Source: Octopus bimaculoides
Lineage: Eukaryota
Assembly: GCF_001194135.2 (NCBI RefSeq)
Contig: NC_068981.1
Location: 77,364,924-77,409,097, forward strand
Direction: 5' to 3'
DNA length: 44,174 nucleotides
In this document: in pieces, positions 36,504-44,174 of the stretch
Layout: each line of letters begins with the position of its first letter
Position numbering within the stretch: position 1 is the stretch's first letter
The notes under the pieces: generated by a model
Database searches by the model: none
Seen by the model: the letters and a program-made list of their open reading frames with translations, nothing else
What the model was told of the DNA's origin: nothing
Made by a program: the position numbers and the translations under genes

Positions 36504-36686
36504 GGGCGATATTATATGCTTATACACACACATAGATGCTCTAGATATATATGTTTGTTAATGCGCGTGCGAGTAGGTATATTTAGACATCTTCAGAGGA
36601 GACAATGAAAATAACAGACAGAGCGAGAGAGACAGAGGGGCGAGGGTGAGAGACAGAGAGGAAAAAAGATGTAACGACAGAATACA

Positions 36687-36750
<64 letters not shown>

Positions 36751-37321
36751 NNNNNNNNNNNNNNNNNNNNNNNNNNNNNNNNNNNNNNNNNNNNNNNNNN
36801 NNNNNNNNNNNNNNNNNNNNNNNNNNNNNNNNNNNNNNNNNNNNNNNNNNNNNNNNNNNNNNNNNNNNNNNNNNNNNNNNNNNNNNNNNNNNNNNNNNNN
36901 NNNNNNNNNNNNNNNNNNNNNNNNNNNNNNNNNNNNNNNNNNNNNNNNNNNNNNNNNNNNNNNNNNNNNNNNNNNNNNNNNNNNNNNNNNNNNNNNNNNN
37001 NNNNNNNNNNNNNNNNNNNNNNNNNNNNNNNNNNNNNNNNNNNNNNNNNNNNNNNNNNNNNNNNNNNNNNNNNNNNNNNNNNNNNNNNNNNNNNNNNNNN
37101 NNNNNNNNNNNNNNNNNNNNNNNNNNNNNNNNNNNNNNNNNNNNNNNNNNNNNNNNNNNNNNNNNNNNNNNNNNNNNNNNNNNNNNNNNNNNNNNNNNNN
37201 NNNNNNNNNNNNNNNNNNNNNNNNNNNNNNNNNNNNNNNNNNNNNNNNNNNNNNNNNNNNNNNNNNNNNNNNNNNNNNNNNNNNNNNNNNNNNNNNNNNN
37301 NNNNNNNNNNNNNNNNNNNNN

Positions 37322-37380
<59 letters not shown>

Positions 37381-37849
37381 TTGTGTGTGTGTGTATGTAT
37401 ACGCATAGGCACACAGACTAACATCGATACGCATGTATTCACGCTCACACACATATCGTAAAGCTGCATATGTAACTATTTCTTTCAATATATATGTGCA
37501 TGTGTGTGTCTGTCTTTCTCTCTGTGTGCGTGTGTATGCATCCGTCGTGCGTCTGTATTTAAATATTCCGAGAGAAAGGGAAGACTAAACAAAGAAAACG
37601 GACAGAATCAAAATGGGAAGAGAAAGACAGAGAAAGGGGGCGTAGGGAGGGCGATGGGCTGGAGTAAAGAAAGAATGGTGTGTCTGCTATATTGTTACAT
37701 CTATTGGTGATGTCGTGTTAGCTGTATATAATCTGACAAACATAATTAACCTGTAGAAATTCGGATTCTAACAAAGACATGCCGATTACGATTATAGAGA
37801 CGACTAGAATTTCTAATAGAAGGCCTCTAATACATTTACTTATACATAT

Positions 37850-38670
<821 letters not shown>

Positions 38671-39152
38671 TACATACATACAGTATTCGCCTTCTTTTCC
38701 TATCTATCTATGTCTGTATCTCTATGCATTTGTTCCTCTATAACTATTCATGTAACAATTCTAGCCTGTTTTACGATGTCTACTTCCCGTATTTCTACTC
38801 CATCAGCCACACCATGGACGGCTCTCTCTACCTCGTCAGCCTATTTCTCTCTCCCTCTACCTTATGCTGAATATTTTATACAACACCAATGCCATTAACA
38901 CTTGGCTTTAGTTTGACTTGCAAAGAAACTTCTTTTTAGAGACACATATACGTATACATGTGTACCCAAACACGCACGTACTGAAATACGCACACACACA
39001 AATACACACACACACACACAGTGTGTGTATGTAATATATGTGTATTTAATTCTTTTTTTTATTTTTATTCTCGTATTTTCTGGAAAATTTCTATTAGGCA
39101 AAAATATTCTAATACATATATGTTTCTAGATATTTTTATAGATAATGTTCAC

Positions 39153-39208
<56 letters not shown>

Positions 39209-39439
39209 ATATATGTATGTATGTATGCATGTATGTGTATATGTATGTGTGTGTGTGTGTGTGTATATGTCTGTGTGTGTGTGTGTGTAAATATATAGAA
39301 ACAGTTATGTTGACATAAGAACAATGACACATACAACCATTCCTATTACGACGACAAAGGCTGCTATAAATGATGCCAACAATATTAAACATAATTGTTT
39401 CTGATGGAGGTACAAACCTAGGAACATCCGAGGGGAAAG

Positions 39440-39745
39440 ATTAGTCGATATCATCGTCCGCAATTCTTGACTGGTACTCTATTTTATCGAGCTAGAATGA
39501 TGGCAGACAAAGATAACCCCGATTGACCGTGAATTCAAAACGCAAATTACTGGATCAAATACTGAAGAGCAATTTTGCTGATGTCCCCTCGGTCACGCTA
39601 GGTCGGCGCCTAAATAATAATGCAGTACTCAAAATATACTCATCTCTTTGGCCCTAAAATGATGAAAGGCAATGTCTACACTGGAGGAATTTGTGCCCAG
39701 AACGTAATGCTGAAAAAATTCCACTAAGCATATTTGTCCATCATG
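39440..39745 (-). mobile_element. Two degenerate Meta-domain SINE fragments
   Basis: CTGGTACTCTATTTTATCGA (~39470-39490) and GATGAAAGGCAATGTCTAC..GGAATTTG..CAGAACGTA (~39660-39710) resemble the plus-strand text of 41300-41523. Confidence 0.45.
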
Positions 39746-39771
39746 CTAAGAACTCTTCCAACAGCTGCTCT

Positions 39772-39920
39772 TTTTACCGATCCATGGCTCACTTCCTGCG
39801 ATCGAAACACTTTATCAACAAAGGAGAGATCGAAGATTCAGTGAAAGATGTCTTCGCCTGAAATGACAAGGATCGGTATCAGCTTGAGGTCAAAGATCTG
39901 ACTGAAAGATGGCTGGAAGA
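39772..39920 (+). pseudogene. mariner transposase C-terminal fragment
   Basis: YRSMAHFLRSKHFINKGEIEDSVKDVFA*NDKDRYQLEVKDLTERW matches mariner LFRSMxHFL..F..FF..K...Y..GI..L.ERW. Confidence 0.7.
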
Positions 39921-40639
39921 TGGCTGGAAGATGCCTGGAAGATGGCTTCAGATGGTGCCACACGATGTGGCACCATCTGAAATCAAATAAATTCCCAAAA
40001 TGTTACAAACAACAACATTTTCTAAATATGGGGTCGGGAGAAATCTAGCAGCAACGAAGAGACCTACGTATCCTGAGATACAGACCTCAAAAGGAGTAGT
40101 ATGGCAAGTGCTGTTTTTCTCATCCGTAATGTTCAGCTTATATGCACAAACATGGAGTATGTCCATTTTCTCGAGCCATGATCGCAACATTCACCTATGG
40201 TTTTAAAATTAACTGGGGGGGGGGGGNNNNNNNNNNNNNNNNNNNNNNNNNNNNNNNNNGTATCATTTCCCTTTATACCTTTACTTTCTTCTCCAAGTTC
40301 CAGTTGAAAGGTTACTGAGGGCTTGGCGGAAAAGCTACGCATTTGTCTGCAGTCCTATCAGTCGCGTCTACTACTCAACCTTTTTCACAATAGCCATTAG
40401 ACAGGAAAACTGCCCTTCTTTTCAGAAGGGAGTAGGTTGATAGCCAGATCCGTTCCACAGCTGATAGCAGCTGTTCAACACAACTCCACAAGTCAGCTAT
40501 GCTCGAGCACAGCGCGAGTGTGTGCAGGACGACTTCGTCGATCTGGGCGCCTCTGCTCGTGTGTAAATAGTTTATCATCGAACAGGCAATGCCCTCTGGT
40601 AGTGCTACCAAAATATCCATTATCCTCAGCAGTTATTGT

Positions 40640-40680
40640 TGTTCCTGCTGCTACTGTTGTTGCTGCTGTCACGCTGTTTT

Positions 40681-40718
<38 letters not shown>

Positions 40719-40930
40719 CTTCTTCTTCTTCTTCTTCTTCTTCTTCTTCTTCTTCTTCTTCTTCTTCTTCTTCTTTTTCTTCTTTTTCTTCTTCTCCTTT
40801 TTCTTGCTGCTGTTGCTGTTATCGTAGCTGCAGTTGGTCCGTTGTTGCTTGCGTTGTTGTTATCGTTGTTAAAAACTATGCTTCTACCATTGTTATCGAT
40901 GTTGCTATCATTGCTGTTACTGCTGTTATT
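40640..40930. repeat. (GTT)n/(CTT)n/(GCT)n trinucleotide region
   Basis: Direct repeats; source of the poly-V/L/R/T ORFs. Confidence 0.95.
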
Positions 40931-41299
40931 TTCCTGCATGAACTGCTTCTTACTGCCACCAAGAGCATCTGTCGTATTAGAATGAAAAGAAAGAGAGTGT
41001 AAAGGTTGGCAGTAATATCGTTCTTTCTTCTCCTACTTTCCAGAATCTGATAGTAGGTTTACTGACGCCAAAATTGCAACAGAGAAAAACCAGACGACAG
41101 AAAATGTGCATGACAGCAAATAAAATTATACAAAAATTGTGCAATTTACAACACAATTTGGCAGTCCCCATCTTAACACAATAAAGAAAAAGTCTTTATT
41201 CAAAGATTTTAAGAAAAAATTCTATAAAATAATTATGTTTCAACAAAAATTTAACAAAACTTCGGGAGCAAAACTGACGAACGTCTACTACAAATGATA

Positions 41300-41523
41300 A
41301 CACTAGTTCTTTCTAATTTTCGCACAAGGCCAGCAATCTAAGGGTGAAAGGAGCTAGACGATTGCATTGGCCCCCAATGCTGAAGTGATACTTATTTTAT
41401 CGACCCCGAAAGGATGAAAGGCAAAGTTGACCTCGGCAGAATTTGAACTCAGAACTTGAAGACGGACGAAATGCCCCTAAACATTACGCCCGGCATGCTA
41501 ACGATTCTGCCAGGCTCGCCGCC
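41300..41523 (-). mobile_element. Near full-length tRNA-derived Meta-domain SINE
   Basis: Minus strand reads GGCGGCGAGCCTGGCAGAATCGTTAGC..GTTCTGAGTTCAAATTC (B box)..GCCTTTCATCCTTTCGGGGTCGATAAAATAAGTA. Confidence 0.87.
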
Positions 41524-41608
41524 TAACAGAACAGCAACAAGAGCTTCAGCAACAACCAACAGCAACAACAATCATAGTCATCATCATCATCTGTCCTGAG
41601 AAATCGCC

Positions 41609-41663
<55 letters not shown>

Positions 41664-41710
41664 GTGATAATGGTGGTGGTGGTGGTGGTGGTGATGATGA
41701 CGACGACGAT
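41609..41710. repeat. (GAT)n/(GGT)n microsatellite
   Basis: Direct repeat. Confidence 0.96.
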
Positions 41711-41949
41711 TTCATTCTTTGTTCTACCAGGGTTAAAGAAGGAGTCATTACAGATACAGGTTACGAAATGCGTGTTGTTTGCACGGAAATTGAATTAGAT
41801 AAAGAATTGAAATATAACTGAGATAAGAAATAATCACAGGATTGAAATTTTATGTATTTCCTAGGAACGCTGATCTCTATTTAGTGCCTATCATGAATTT
41901 CCACATTTCTAAGCTTGCCCTCACTACCAAAAGTAAATGCACTTTCCGT

Positions 41950-43900
41950 AATTTTGTCGTTCAGTCTGCAGACGTATACTGAGAACAAAAATATTCAATC
42001 TTACTGTTCTTACTCCTCTCAGTCATACAATTCTTGAAGCATTTGCTGAAAGATAGTACCTCCCTCTCCCTTTGTTTCCAGGTGGAATTCTAAAATATCG
42101 AGGAGTTCATGACCAAAGAGGATAAAGTCCTTTTATTCACTTCCAAAGCACAGATTCTTTAGCCGTAGCCACCAACCAAAGACAACCCACATGCCCTTCC
42201 TGGTAAGAGGATTACAGTCCAGTGAACTTTATGATGAAATTGCTTGATATATCATTCATCTTACACGCGACAATATTTGCCCCACATAATTCCACAAGTC
42301 AGCAATATTTGGACACTGGATAAATGCAGCCATGTTTGTTTCGTAACCCACATGCTCGTTTTGGATAACTTCGACGCTTGTGTATTTATTTCAGATCAGT
42401 AATTCCTTTAGAAGCACTGTCAGGATTTATTAAAAGTCACCTGGGACTGAATGTCATTAGGAACATGACAACTAATTAATTCTAATGTCCGATCGAAGCT
42501 TCCCTAATGAAAACCTCGTTGATCACTACTAGTCCTCTATAGAAGGCTAAAATGAAGGTCCTTTTGGCTGTATTGCCAATAGAGAACTGTGAAAGCCTAA
42601 CATCATTTCAAATGACAGGATGGGAGGCATCCAGTGTTGTTTCGCTCTTGTTCCAAAGCTGCTGTGTCAACACAGAAGCGGATTAAGCTAAAGGCGAGCA
42701 CGGGTATAGACCGCCCATGAATCTTTTCACAAACCGCAGACTCAGCTCTTAAGTTTTCATTTGTCAAAGTATCAAGGAACCACAGCACAAAGACTATTAG
42801 CGGCAGATGTACTGCCTGATCAGTAGAATGCGTCCATTTTATATGAATCAACAGAATAAGCACTCCTATCTAGTAAGACCAAAATTGGATCGAGGTATGA
42901 CAGTACGGCAGCATTATATGTCTGAATTTATGAAGGCGTTCTTTACCCTTGCCTAACCATTCACGGATGGCTTCTTCTCAATTCATTGCTGGCTGAGACT
43001 TGACAGCTTGCTCATAACCTCACCCCAGTTTCTACATATCTAGAGGTGAGCGTCAAAAGAGACTTCAAGTAAATTAACCGATTCGCCAGTTCAGCACACC
43101 TTGATACAGAGAAAGAGCATGACCTTGAATCTCCAGATTCAAATTGCAAGCCCAATAATTGTTCTAGTTGATTTTTGCTCCTTCAAATACCTCGTATTTC
43201 TTCAGAAGGGCGCCGACAAACGTGATGCCCGTGGTTTCCAACATCATTTAGGTAACATCATCATATGTCCCAGTTTCAAAATAATACCCTTTAAAATCTA
43301 AATTTTCCTCATTAGTGGCAAAAGGGATGTCAAAAGACACGCTTGACAAACCAAACAAAAATAGAAATCGTTGTGGTATAATAATTATTTAGTCTCAGCA
43401 GCGGCCTTTGATAAGAACATAAGAACTAACAACACTGAGAGCAGCTGTCACGTAGTGATGGCCCACTCTATGAAAAGCATTCAGTTACACAAGTTAATCA
43501 GATTCTCTGCAAGGTCAGACTTGTTGACCATTCTAAGATATAAAGCATGAGGTGGAAGATGTTGTGTGTAGATATGCTCGAAATCATAAACGTTTTCCCG
43601 ACCGATGACGAATAGAAATATCTTTTCTTAGCATCTTGATCAAAATCTGAAACACTGCTTTCAACAGAAACCTCGGCTGAAAATTACCACTAATACACCC
43701 TTTGTTAACACACACCCTCAGTAACGACTCACAGAACGGGAGAATTCTTCGATTCTGCTTGCAACAGAAGTCTAGCAAGAGATCAAAATACATGGCTGAC
43801 ATGTATACGTACAATTGGCAACAAGACCACTTACCACCCACTGTATTTTCATTGAAACGCCAGTTGTATTTATTAGCAATAATGTTTAAGACGACGACGA
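41950..43900 (-). mobile_element. Possible heavily decayed Academ-like (XPG nuclease + Cys finger) transposon
   Basis: Non-repetitive, coding-like composition. In the right order on minus: AFHRVGHHYVTAA (cf. FHAFTGCD), LPSC (cf. LPPC/T), KCFKNC..FCSQY (cf. Cys8 finger). All motifs are degenerate. Confidence 0.25.
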
Positions 43901-44133
43901 CGATGATATAAGGATGATGATGAAGAAGAGCAATAGAATTGGAATGAATTCTGCAACGACGATGAAGGTGGCAAAAATAATTTGAAGGAGACTGTATGAA
44001 ATCAACGTTCGCCAAACATTCCATTTACTCTGTTATTTTATGTAATATTTGCAAAATATAAAAGACTGGGAAAATAACCACCTGTTACGAATGTTTGCGT
44101 ATGTGTACGTGCGCGCCTGTGTAAATGAGAGTG

Positions 44134-44166
<33 letters not shown>

Positions 44167-44174
44167 CATATATA

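Noticed and set aside
39906-39950. AAGATGGCTGG x4 as a CRISPR-like repeat
   Set aside because: It is a spacerless 11-bp slippage repeat in eukaryotic DNA; no CRISPR array exists in this window.
40260-40939. Strong-looking acceptor at ~40297 and 148-182-aa ORFs
   Set aside because: The long ORFs come from trinucleotide repeats, and the non-repetitive part has no recognisable motif.

Overview
AT-rich, microsatellite-saturated eukaryotic non-coding DNA with many N gaps flanked by simple repeats, as expected from a short-read assembly. The SINE and RTE families and the repeat density suggest an octopod cephalopod; this is inferred from family recall, not a database hit. No intact host gene can be supported, and almost all ORF-track entries are microsatellite read-through. 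The window is a mobile-element graveyard. It holds two Penelope-like retroelements (PLEs): a WFNPP/CxC-type C-terminal-endonuclease element with a hammerhead ribozyme, and a Penelope/Poseidon-type element ending in a tRNA-derived head plus a broken hammerhead. It also holds two R4/Dong-like LINE copies, two RTE LINE remnants (one with an inverted 5' part), Tigger/pogo, Chapaev, mariner and Helitron remnants, several tRNA-derived SINEs, foldback MITEs, a U6 snRNA pseudogene and a tandem/inverted array of tRNA-like Pol III units. The best leads are the PLE whose GIY-YIG nuclease is split by a ~200-codon in-frame Ser/Asn-rich insert (4254-5790) and the tRNA-like array that folds into a ~680-bp hairpin (9064-9890).
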